A stretch of 64,000 bases of DNA, from assembly GCA_041661745.1 (NCBI GenBank), contig JBAZTR010000001.1, forward strand, positions 15,740 through 79,739, written 5' to 3'. The first letter of the stretch is position 1; every line of letters starts with the position of its first letter. A program made the position numbers and the translations under genes. Below the pieces are notes generated by a model. The model was not told the DNA's origin and made no database searches. It saw nothing but the letters and a program-made list of their open reading frames with translations. The DNA comes from Patescibacteria group bacterium (GTDB taxonomy: Bacteria; Patescibacteriota; Patescibacteriia; UBA9934; GWF2-40-263). Positions 10,203-19,019 of this stretch are shown piece by piece.

Positions 10203-10321
10203 TGCACCGTACGGTGCATGGCGGAGCCATCAATAAGGTTTTGCTATGTACCAACAGGTGCATGGCGGAGCTATACACCGAATGGTGTCTAGCGGAGCCC
10301 TCACACCATTCGGTGTGGGGC
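10199..10321. repeat. Four related REP-like 24-25 nt hairpins abutting the tRNA 3' end
   Basis: GCCATGCACC-gtac-GGTGCATGGC (10199-10222), GCTATGTACC-aaca-GGTGCATGGC (10243-10266), GCTATACACC-gaat-GGTGTCTAGC (10270-10293), GCCCTCACACC-attc-GGTGTGGGGC (10297-10321); the first three are each followed by GGA. Confidence 0.85.
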
Positions 10322-10421
10322 AAGCCTTTATTGGTTTGTATGGTTTCGCCATGTATCAAAATAACGGTGAACCGCAAAGACCACCAGTGAAAATTGGCGG
10401 TTTTTGTTATACTAAAAATAT

Positions 10422-10679
10422 ATGTTTTATGTTTATATTCTTATTTGTGTCGATAAAAAGTTTTATATTGGTTTTACTTCTGATCTGAAGAAGAGAATTT
10501 TTCAACACAAAAACGGCGAAGTGCTATCTACTAAACCAAGATTGTCGGTTAGATTAGTTTTTTACGAAGCTTATCTTGATAAATATGATGCTCTGCGACG
10601 AGAAAAATATTTGAAGACGGATAAAGGAAAAACAACATTAAAATCAATGCTAAGAGAGTTTTTAAGTAAACAAAAATAG
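10422..10679 (+). CDS. Small stand-alone GIY-YIG nuclease family protein
   Basis: FYVYIL...FYIGFTSDLKKRIFQH...YEAY...ALRREKYLK. Confidence 0.9.
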   Translation: MFYVYILICVDKKFYIGFTSDLKKRIFQHKNGEVLSTKPRLSVRLVFYEAYLDKYDALRREKYLKTDKGKTTLKSMLREFLSKQK

Positions 10680-10705
10680 CTTCACTTTTTGTTTACACTT
10701 TGTAT

Positions 10706-11119
10706 ATGACCAAAAAAGAAAAGGAGCAGTGTTCCATTGTGAAATTTTTCGACGAACAAGACATCGTCGGGAAAAATTGTTTTGCTTATGCACTTGGTTT
10801 AGATGTTTATCCGAACAAAAATTCCCAGGAGGCGTGGATCGTCCCCAGTTCTGTTGATATCGCAGGCTGGCTTAACGATCTATTAGTGGAGGACTCCTCG
10901 GGTGATATCATTGTTTATTTTGACGCTGATAAGTTGCCTTGTCATATGGGATTGGTGAAGGGTGAATATGTTGAATCAAAATGGAGAGAATCTCACGTTT
11001 ATCGTCATGATATATTCGCTACCCCTTACGGACGAGCTGTAAAGAGATATCGTGTTACTGATTTTGAGCGGCTAAAACTCGCTTGGAAAGATGAGGTGGA
11101 TTGGATGAAAAATCCTTAA
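10706..11119 (+). CDS. Hypothetical protein with candidate Cys/His (papain-like) motif
   Basis: NCFAYALG...IIVYFD...CHMGLV...ESKW...VYRH; function inferred only. Confidence 0.55.
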   Translation: MTKKEKEQCSIVKFFDEQDIVGKNCFAYALGLDVYPNKNSQEAWIVPSSVDIAGWLNDLLVEDSSGDIIVYFDADKLPCHMGLVKGEYVESKWRESHVYRHDIFATPYGRAVKRYRVTDFERLKLAWKDEVDWMKNP

Positions 11120-11247
11120 TAATCGATGAGACCCACGTGCTATCCTGACCCCCTGAAACAGCCCCCGAATCATTGATCAAAGGCGAGTTCTGTACCCGTG
11201 TGCGGAGCCAAGAAAAAACATCTATTTATTTAGATGTTTTTTCTTTT

Positions 11248-11390
11248 GTGGGGAGCGAACCGGAAGGGGTTTGGGGAAACACGCTGTTTCCCCACCAATA
11301 GCAGAGGAGGGGTGACAGGCCAGCTCATGCTGGCCGCCATAGGGGAACGACGTTCCCCTATGGAATGTGAGATCCCCACCCCCGGAGCCA
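11248..11390. repeat. tRNA-Asn-derived junction element: inverted T-arm copy, internal hairpins, direct 20-bp copy of the tRNA 3' end (att-like)
   Basis: 11371-11390 GATCCCCACCCCCGGAGCCA is identical to 10183-10202; 11248-11261 is the reverse complement of 10178-10191 at 13/14. Confidence 0.85.
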
Positions 11391-11824
11391 AGACTGACAA
11401 ACCGGGCTTAAAGACTCGGATTCTCCTTTATCTTTATCTGCTTATCGATTTTCAGGTTCGAGCGTTGGTTTTTTGCTGTAAGAATACTGTTAATTAAAAT
11501 TGAATATAATTTCTCAGTTATACTAAAAATTGCCACTTTTGACGATGTAATTTGAAAGAGGTAAAATCAACACGAAAATCAAGTAGTAATTTTTGCCATA
11601 CATATAAACATTGATAAATTTTTTACGATTGAATAAGTGACGAGGATTCTAAGAGTAAATATTCGTTCCGCAAATCGCCACATTGGGTCCGACCGCCTTT
11701 AGACGTCCAAACTAGGAGTTTGACCTATCAAACAGTCTAATCTAAACGCTTTTCTTAAAGGTACGGGAATTATCAAACAAAAAAAGAGGTAAATATATAT
11801 TACAGGAAGTTACCAAGAATAGTT

Positions 11825-14800
11825 ATGAAGAATTTAGATTGGGGGAAAATAAATAATGATAGGGATTTTCAACGTTTAGTGAACGATCTTTTTGCATTGG
11901 AAATTAACCACCCTGCTTTTCTTTCAAGCAATCCAGAGATAGGGGCAGATGGTGGTTGGGACGGACGTTATAGCGGATCATACATGGGCCTTAGCGGTGT
12001 TTGGGATTTCCAAGCGAAATGGACTAAACATAATCTTGATGCAGCTTATAAGCAATTACACACGGAGATTAAAAATGAGTTGGAAAAAGCGAAGAAGAAC
12101 AAAGTACAATTTTTATTAGTTGCAACAAACGCTGATTTAAGAATCGGCACTAACGATCATGTCGGTAAACTTGAGAAACTAAATGAGAACAAAAAATTTG
12201 TCGACCAGTTATTTATTTGGCCACGAGCCAACTTAGAAAGTAAAATAACCCAATATCCGCTGTTAAGGCATAACTACTTTGGCGATCCCCAAGAGCCGAC
12301 ATTCGTCCCAGCTCATGTATTTGCAGAATCAGAGCCGCTTCTTAAGGGAGTTTTTGTCGGACGAAAAGAACCAGTAAGTGTTTTAAAGGGATTTATACAA
12401 AAAGATACATCCAATCTCCTCATTATTCATTCTGGAGGTGGCTATGGAAAAACACATTTTATTGTAGAATCTGGAAAAAGTGGAGATTCTCTATGGCCAG
12501 GTGTTCAAACGTGGTTTTGTCGACCTGGAATTAGAGATATTAACGAAGCTATCAATGAGTTAGACCATGAAAAGGATTGCTTAATATTTCTAGATGATGC
12601 TGAAAGATATTTGGATGATGCAAAAAAACTAATTGCTCACATCAAGACATTTTCTCCTGGAAAATTAAAGGTTATATTGTCTTGCCGCAGCTCAGGCAAA
12701 GAAATTGTCAAAAATTTAGCGGATTCGCAAAGGGTGGATAATTATAATTTGCTTGAGTTACCTCATCTTTCCGAAAAGGAACTTGTAGAAATTTTAAATC
12801 TCGCGGCGGATTCAAAAAAGATTGATCATCCAGAAAGAATTGTAAAAGAACTAAACGGAAATCTGTTTTTGATAATCACGACAGGGAAGCTTATTAAAGG
12901 TGGCGACTTAAACCCAGGCCAGGTTAAAAAGCATATCAAAAATAATTTAGATCAAGAAACCGTCAATGCACTTAAGGATGTACTAGACGAACGTAATTCA
13001 AAGGCTTTTTTAAAAGAGCTATCTATTATTGTTCCATTTTCAAAAGAAAAGCGTGGGAATAACGTGCTTGATAAATTGGCAGCCGTTTTGGAATTAAAAG
13101 TAAATTTAATAAACGAAGCTCTGAATAAACTTATTGAGGCAAAAATTCTTCGTGTTGTTGGCGCCTCGGTAAGATTTAATCCTGATATGAAAGGCGATAT
13201 TTATCTTTCTGTAGAATTAGATAAAGAAAATGGGAAAGATTTAGCGAACAAAATGTTTGAGAATTGGTTACCTATTTTTCCTAAACAACTCACAGCAAAC
13301 CTGGCCGCTGCATCTAGACATAAAGATACGAATTCGGCGAACGAAGCCGTGAAGGAACTTTTCCAAAAATGGATTAATGAAACATCTGAGACTTCCGATT
13401 CATTTAAATCTAAAAGATTAGAACTCGCTGCTTCTATTGCTTTTTTAGCCCCTGAAGAGGCAATCGGTTTGGTTTATGCTTATGTAAATTCATCGAATAC
13501 GCAGAATTCATATGGACTAAATCGAGATACTTATGGGCCAGTCATTTACCATGTTTTGCACGTACCTGGATTTGAAAAAGCAATATTAAAATTGATTCTT
13601 TATCTTGCCCAGAAAGACCTTAAGGGCACTTACGATAATTACAAGCCCACCAGTCTTATAAAACAAGCGATATCACCCGTTGAAGTAAATATAGCTTCAG
13701 CTACTCAATCACTAAAGGAATTGTTGGATTGGGTTAGCAAAGAAAATTGTACCGAACTCGAAGCAAGGCTTGCTAGCGATGGTGTCTCGGAGTCCCTTTC
13801 TGGATCGCACGAACATAGGGAAAGTTACGGTAACCAAATAACCTTTGGCAGAAGAATTCTGCGTTATGAAGGTATATACAAAAAACCAGTGGATGAATTT
13901 AGAGATGTAGGAATGGATGTCCTGAAAGAGTTGGTTCTTCATTCCAATGACAAGATTAAAAAAATAGGCGTGGAAATTGTTGACGACATCGGTCACGAGG
14001 CAACCTCCACAAGTGATGATCTTTGGAAGAGGATTCTATCCGATAAAACAAAAGCTATTGAATGGTTAGAGAAATTAATTAGCGAAACAAGTTCTCATGA
14101 GGTGCTTAGTTCTATCGAAGACGTTCTTGTTAGATATTGGGCCAATAATAATATTTATTTAGGTTTGAGCGATAAAATTGCTGGCATACTTAGAAATTTT
14201 CCGAGATCAACGGAATACATTATTTTTCGATATTTTGTGGCTCGTGATTTGATTATTTCCGATTTTAAAAAAATAGAGTCTGGGGCTCCCGAGAGCGATA
14301 GATGGTCTTGGCTTGTTCAGAATCACTTTCGACTCCATGATTTTCCACAGGAAGAGTTGGACGAGGTAGTAAAAAGGTTATCTGATAAATATAAAAGCAA
14401 GGCCGAGATTATTAAATACTTATATGAACTCGAGAATGAAGTAAAAGGAATTACTCAATGGCAGACCATTCCTTTAGTTGAGACTTGGTCAAAATTCAAT
14501 AACCAATCATTTATTGAGATCGCAGATGATGAAAGTTTGTTGAATAGTGTTCCTAATAGATTCCATCTCGGAATTTATAGAGTTGCCTCCGATAGGGATA
14601 AACAATACATAGTGAAATATGCTAGCCGAATCCTAGGAGATTTAAATAATCTTCAACGCCAAGCTGTAGACAATCTTTTAGACCTTATAATACGACATAG
14701 TGTTTCTACGACAGAATTTATGCCGTGGATATCTCAGATTATTGAGAAAGCAGACGATTATCTTAAGAATCTTATTCTTCATCGTTCTTATTTTATTTTT

Positions 14801-15682
14801 AAGGACAGGGAGCAAACAGAAAAAAAAAAGGTTGTGAATATTCTTGAACAGTCTTTAAGTGGTGTAGTCAACAGCAACGTATTAGATATGTTCGATTTCC
14901 TAGTTCACAGTGCCATAAATTGGAATTTACCAAGCGATGATTTAGATAAAATTCGCAAAAAATTATTTGAAATAATAAAAGATATCCCTTCGGTAGATTA
15001 TCACACAGACGATCTATTAAAATTTGCACTTAATGGTGATTTGGATAAGTTTATTGAATTGGTTGAATATCGTCTCAAAAAACAGAGTGAATATTTTAAA
15101 AATAGAGGCGCTGAAAAATTTGATGCAATTCCCTTTGACGGTTTTCGTTCGGCCACGGAGTTAATTAAGAACTATGACGATTTCGCAAAATTGATGGATA
15201 AAATTAATTTTTGGCGAAATGAGGAGCTTTTATTCTCCTTCGATATTGATGGATTTTTGGGTAAAAGCATTGGTGGCCATGATAGTGAACACGGCGACTA
15301 TTTGTTGCACTATATTGGTGACAAAATAAAGACTGGAGATGCAGAAAGTTTGAAAATAGCTACTAATGCTTTTTTTGGCATCTCCTTTGGTGTAGATACA
15401 ATTGATTTGTTTTTGAATTTTTTGATGGCAGCTGAAAAAGCAGGAGTGTCAGATGAGGCAAAAGACGTTTTTACCCACCAGGTGATAAGTGGTAGTTATA
15501 GTTCCGCGGTAGGGCAAGCTCCACCCGCATTAGTAAATAAAAAAGAAGCATTAGAAAAAATGAGCGCCAAATGCCAGCCAGGAATTATAAAAAACTATGT
15601 AGATTCTTTAACTGGATCAATCGCTGACGATATAAAAAGACACCTAGATGAAGGTGAGGAACTTATATCGCCAAAATCGTAA
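11825..15682 (+). CDS. Mrr-like restriction endonuclease fused to a STAND-type NTPase and a long helical C-terminus (Avs-like defence protein)
   Basis: N-terminal DFQRLVNDLF...GADGGWDG...QAK nuclease motif; FVGRKE; Walker A SGGGYGKT; Walker B IFLDDAE; VILSCR; GNL at the GxP position; AT-rich DNA. Confidence 0.78.
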   Translation: MKNLDWGKINNDRDFQRLVNDLFALEINHPAFLSSNPEIGADGGWDGRYSGSYMGLSGVWDFQAKWTKHNLDAAYKQLHTEIKNELEKAKKNKVQFLLVATNADLRIGTNDHVGKLEKLNENKKFVDQLFIWPRANLESKITQYPLLRHNYFGDPQEPTFVPAHVFAESEPLLKGVFVGRKEPVSVLKGFIQKDTSNLLIIHSGGGYGKTHFIVESGKSGDSLWPGVQTWFCRPGIRDINEAINELDHEKDCLIFLDDAERYLDDAKKLIAHIKTFSPGKLKVILSCRSSGKEIVKNLADSQRVDNYNLLELPHLSEKELVEILNLAADSKKIDHPERIVKELNGNLFLIITTGKLIKGGDLNPGQVKKHIKNNLDQETVNALKDVLDERNSKAFLKELSIIVPFSKEKRGNNVLDKLAAVLELKVNLINEALNKLIEAKILRVVGASVRFNPDMKGDIYLSVELDKENGKDLANKMFENWLPIFPKQLTANLAAASRHKDTNSANEAVKELFQKWINETSETSDSFKSKRLELAASIAFLAPEEAIGLVYAYVNSSNTQNSYGLNRDTYGPVIYHVLHVPGFEKAILKLILYLAQKDLKGTYDNYKPTSLIKQAISPVEVNIASATQSLKELLDWVSKENCTELEARLASDGVSESLSGSHEHRESYGNQITFGRRILRYEGIYKKPVDEFRDVGMDVLKELVLHSNDKIKKIGVEIVDDIGHEATSTSDDLWKRILSDKTKAIEWLEKLISETSSHEVLSSIEDVLVRYWANNNIYLGLSDKIAGILRNFPRSTEYIIFRYFVARDLIISDFKKIESGAPESDRWSWLVQNHFRLHDFPQEELDEVVKRLSDKYKSKAEIIKYLYELENEVKGITQWQTIPLVETWSKFNNQSFIEIADDESLLNSVPNRFHLGIYRVASDRDKQYIVKYASRILGDLNNLQRQAVDNLLDLIIRHSVSTTEFMPWISQIIEKADDYLKNLILHRSYFIFKDREQTEKKKVVNILEQSLSGVVNSNVLDMFDFLVHSAINWNLPSDDLDKIRKKLFEIIKDIPSVDYHTDDLLKFALNGDLDKFIELVEYRLKKQSEYFKNRGAEKFDAIPFDGFRSATELIKNYDDFAKLMDKINFWRNEELLFSFDIDGFLGKSIGGHDSEHGDYLLHYIGDKIKTGDAESLKIATNAFFGISFGVDTIDLFLNFLMAAEKAGVSDEAKDVFTHQVISGSYSSAVGQAPPALVNKKEALEKMSAKCQPGIIKNYVDSLTGSIADDIKRHLDEGEELISPKS

Positions 15683-15685
15683 AAT

Positions 15686-16555
15686 ATGGCCTTAATAATT
15701 AATAACAGAATATGGGAATTATCTGAAAAGTTATACATACACTGTTATGAAACTGGTGGATTTGTTGATTTTTTAAAATCTAACGGGATTAATTTACCCG
15801 ATAATTTTTATGGTAACTTTGAGGCCTATGCATTCATGAGTACTGAGCAAAATAATTTTTCTCAGTTCATGCAAAGAGTTCCTTCATATAGATATTTAGC
15901 CATTTTAGAGAAAGTAATTTTTGATGAAAAAATAAAAAATACACAGAGAGATAGCTGGAATTATTACGGAACCTATATTAAAAAATGGTATCCAGAATTA
16001 TTAGACGAAGTAAAAAAATCCAATTTTAAACTAGACATTTCGCAAAACAAAATAGAATTATTAGAAGAAGGAATAAGTGGGGTTCAAAATAGTTTAGATT
16101 TTTTACAATATGATTTTAATGATCCATTTTTAGATTACATAAAAAAAGAAATAAATGAGAGCTATAGAGAAGGACTTTATTTAGCCGTGATGATTCTAAC
16201 CAGAAAATTAATAGAATGCATAATTCATAGAGTTTTTGAAATAGTTTTCAGGGAACGGGATGAAAATGGAAAATATATACAGCAAAATCACCAATTATGG
16301 TATGACACAACTAACGGAAGAATTTTAAATCTTGATAAATTGATTGATAATTTAAAAGCAAATTCATTCGCCTTTTATGATTTCAAAGATTTGATTGAGG
16401 ATTTATGTAGTTTAATCAAGGTATTTAAAGACGAAGTAAATAAAATGGTGCATCGTGATTATAAAATACCCAAATTAGAAGACGTCGAGAAAAAAGATAT
16501 TCCTGGATTATGTAATAAATTACGAAGAGTTTATAAAAGATTTTGTAATCCTTAA
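15686..16555 (+). CDS. Hypothetical protein with C-terminal DUF4145/HEPN-like domain
   Basis: EINESYREGLYLAVMILTRKLIE...LNLDKLID...VNKMVH resembles DUF4145-type HEPN helices; starts 3 nt after the upstream stop. Confidence 0.55.
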   Translation: MALIINNRIWELSEKLYIHCYETGGFVDFLKSNGINLPDNFYGNFEAYAFMSTEQNNFSQFMQRVPSYRYLAILEKVIFDEKIKNTQRDSWNYYGTYIKKWYPELLDEVKKSNFKLDISQNKIELLEEGISGVQNSLDFLQYDFNDPFLDYIKKEINESYREGLYLAVMILTRKLIECIIHRVFEIVFRERDENGKYIQQNHQLWYDTTNGRILNLDKLIDNLKANSFAFYDFKDLIEDLCSLIKVFKDEVNKMVHRDYKIPKLEDVEKKDIPGLCNKLRRVYKRFCNP

Positions 16556-16567
16556 TTATTAACAAGA

Positions 16568-17131
16568 ATGGAAAATCGAGCACACAACATAGAACCATTA
16601 GAAAAAAGAATTAATCGTTTTCAAAATGGTCATCCGATAGAAATAATTGAGACGCTTTTAAATTCTATCACTATTTTTTTTAATAACGAAATACGTTTAA
16701 CGATTGAGCGTGACAATTATCAAACCTCTTTGTTATTTCTCGGGATTCATGCTGCAGCACTGACGATAGCCGAGGGATTTTTCGGTAAAAAGGGTCCGGA
16801 TGGATATAAATTATTTTTAGAAAAATTTGTCGACGGGAAAACCCCGGATACCAAATTTTCTTCAATAGCTGAACCGATTCATAATTGGCGAAATATAGTC
16901 GCCCATCAATGGTTAGGTATTGTCGGATACGATATTGAATATGATTATAATTCGGTAAAAGGCTGGGAAAAACGGGACAACACTATTTTTATTAATCCAA
17001 AAATTTATTGTGAACATTATCTTAATGCTTTTTCCTCTAAGGGTAAACTATGGAAATATCAGGATATATTTACCGAAGAAGAACTATATCAGATCAAGGA
17101 TCGGCTTCTTAACAAATTTTTACGACGTTAA
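16568..17131 (+). CDS. Putative HEPN-family RNase
   Basis: Canonical RxxxxH motif (WRNIVAHQ) after a Y..FLEKF helix; 12 nt after the upstream stop. Confidence 0.6.
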   Translation: MENRAHNIEPLEKRINRFQNGHPIEIIETLLNSITIFFNNEIRLTIERDNYQTSLLFLGIHAAALTIAEGFFGKKGPDGYKLFLEKFVDGKTPDTKFSSIAEPIHNWRNIVAHQWLGIVGYDIEYDYNSVKGWEKRDNTIFINPKIYCEHYLNAFSSKGKLWKYQDIFTEEELYQIKDRLLNKFLRR

Positions 17132-17236
17132 ACCGGGAACTTTCCTTCCAACATATCCACGGCCGCGTCCAGTTTGTAGGACTTCCAACCGCTTAAACTG
17201 ATAGTTCGAAGTTTTCGCGCCGCCTGGAGCCAACAT

Positions 17237-17261
17237 AATCTCAGTTTTAATAACTGAGATT
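17237..17261 (+). terminator. Hairpin terminator closing the AT-rich block
   Basis: AATCTCAGTT-ttaat-AACTGAGATT followed by T-rich sequence. Confidence 0.65.
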
Positions 17262-17323
17262 TTGTTTTACTTAATCAATCGCTTTTTATTTCAAAATAAT
17301 GTAAAGTTTAAAAAGTGAAGAAT

Positions 17324-18514
17324 ATGAAACGCCGCAATATCTTATTAGTAATCGGCTCGCTTATTTTGCTTGGCGTCGGTGGTTGGTTTGTTGTTCGTCT
17401 CATTATTTCAAATCACCAATCGGCCGAAGAAAAACAGGCTAAGGACGAACTGCAAGCGCAAATCCAGTCAGTCGTTGATGCGCGGCTTGCGGTGCAACTG
17501 AGTGGGGAAGAGACTGATCCTTTTGGTGAGGATGGAATTCTTAGTGTACTTCTGCTTGGTTTGGATTCTCGTTCTGGCAGCACTGTTGGACACTGTGACG
17601 CTATTCAGTTTGTGGAAATAAACAAAACCAATCAGACAGTAAATATTACTGCTGTCCCGCGCGGCACCTACTCGCCTTTGCCGGGCAGCGGTCATTTGCC
17701 TAGTGATTATTATATTTCGAACGCTTGTGAGATTGGTAGTCTTGATTATGGTATAACGCAAATTGAAAAGATTTTGGGACAAAAAGCTGAATATGTGGCC
17801 ATGGTCGGTTTTTCCGAAGCCCTCGGAGCTTTTCGTTTACTTGGTTTGCCGACGACGGAAACTTTGCAATGGCTTCGTCTACGCCAAGGTTACGCCATCG
17901 GTGAACCGCAGCGGGCCCATAATCATTCAACTTTTTTAAAACAACTTTTGGTAAAATTTACTCCGACCGATCCTTCGCAGTTGGATTCAGTTTGGGAATT
18001 TCTTTTGTATCAGCTGGTGGATACCGATCTTTCGTTTAAACAAACCCAAGATATTGTCGCAGTCCTTTCGGCCATGGATTTTGCCAATTATCCGGATCGC
18101 GTTAGTCTTTCCATGAAGCCAGCTTATGCCGTGGCCGAGATCCCTTATGATTCTGAAAATCTTGAGGCGTATTTATCGGCTATGTTGGATCCTATTTCCG
18201 CTGTTATACCTGAGGGCGCTTACACCGGTCTTTCCGAGCTCGAAGAGCAACAGCAGCTTATGGCTTTAATTAACGCCGGTTTGGAAGACACTGATTTTGT
18301 AAAACGTGCCTTTGAACAAAAATTATGGTTGCAGATTGACGACGCCTCAACGCGCGAGTCTGTTCATCTTGCCTTGCTGTCAAAATATCTTGCGGGGCTG
18401 TCGGACGGCGAGGAAATTAAAAAACTTTTGGCTGATTATATAATCGAGATGGAAGCCGGCGGACAAATTGATTGGGCCGCGGCCGGGCGTGAGTTGTTAG
18501 CGCAAGAAATTTAG
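17324..18514 (+). CDS. LCP (LytR-CpsA-Psr) family cell-envelope protein
   Basis: N-terminal TM; VLLLGLDSR...HCDAIQFVEIN...VNITAVPRGTY...LQWLRLRQ...EPQRAHN. Confidence 0.75.
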   Translation: MKRRNILLVIGSLILLGVGGWFVVRLIISNHQSAEEKQAKDELQAQIQSVVDARLAVQLSGEETDPFGEDGILSVLLLGLDSRSGSTVGHCDAIQFVEINKTNQTVNITAVPRGTYSPLPGSGHLPSDYYISNACEIGSLDYGITQIEKILGQKAEYVAMVGFSEALGAFRLLGLPTTETLQWLRLRQGYAIGEPQRAHNHSTFLKQLLVKFTPTDPSQLDSVWEFLLYQLVDTDLSFKQTQDIVAVLSAMDFANYPDRVSLSMKPAYAVAEIPYDSENLEAYLSAMLDPISAVIPEGAYTGLSELEEQQQLMALINAGLEDTDFVKRAFEQKLWLQIDDASTRESVHLALLSKYLAGLSDGEEIKKLLADYIIEMEAGGQIDWAAAGRELLAQEI

Positions 18515-18684
18515 TAATTAAATAAAGAAGAAGACGGCCGGGGGAAGGGCAAGACGACAGGGTCGCTTGTAAAGACAAAACTTGGTGTTTTGCCTTCATT
18601 TAGCGTAATTCAATCGCGGCTATGGACAAAGCGCGCTTTACCGTGTATACTTTAATTATTAAACAATCATTTAAATATTTAACT

Positions 18685-19008
18685 ATGTTGAGTAAAAATG
18701 AGATCCAAAAAAAACGCAAGCTTTTTAGTCAAACCGACAAAAATGTAGTGGTGGCCTTTAAGGCGCTTAGTGATGTTAACCGTTATAGAATCTTTCGTAT
18801 TTTGACCGAACAACCTAAGCTGTCGGTTAGTGATATTGCTCAAATCTTAGAGCTTTCTTTACCTTTGATTTCTCAACATATTAAAATTTTAGAACATGCT
18901 AACCTGTTGCAAAAAGAACGTTATGGGAAAAAGGTTTTTCCAAAACTTGAATACGCCAATCCCTTCGTAAAAATTATCATTAAGACAACCAGAGTAATGG
19001 CAAAATAA
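18685..19008 (+). CDS. ArsR/SmtB family transcriptional regulator
   Basis: FKALSDVNRYRIFRIL...SVSDIAQILELSLPLISQHIKILEHANLLQKERYGKKV. Confidence 0.88.
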   Translation: MLSKNEIQKKRKLFSQTDKNVVVAFKALSDVNRYRIFRILTEQPKLSVSDIAQILELSLPLISQHIKILEHANLLQKERYGKKVFPKLEYANPFVKIIIKTTRVMAK

Positions 19009-19019
19009 TTAATAACCAT

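Noticed and set aside
10199-10321. Repeated palindromes as a CRISPR array
   Set aside because: Units are degenerate, mostly separated by only 3 nt, with no unique 30-40 nt spacers and no cas genes.
10090-10488. Short ORFs over the tRNA and hairpins; also 11234-11497
   Set aside because: They overlap a confident tRNA or structured repeats and have no protein motifs.
11500-11820. Possible recombinase remnant or ncRNA upstream of the STAND gene
   Set aside because: No ORF or fold I can support; treated as AT-rich promoter and junction DNA.
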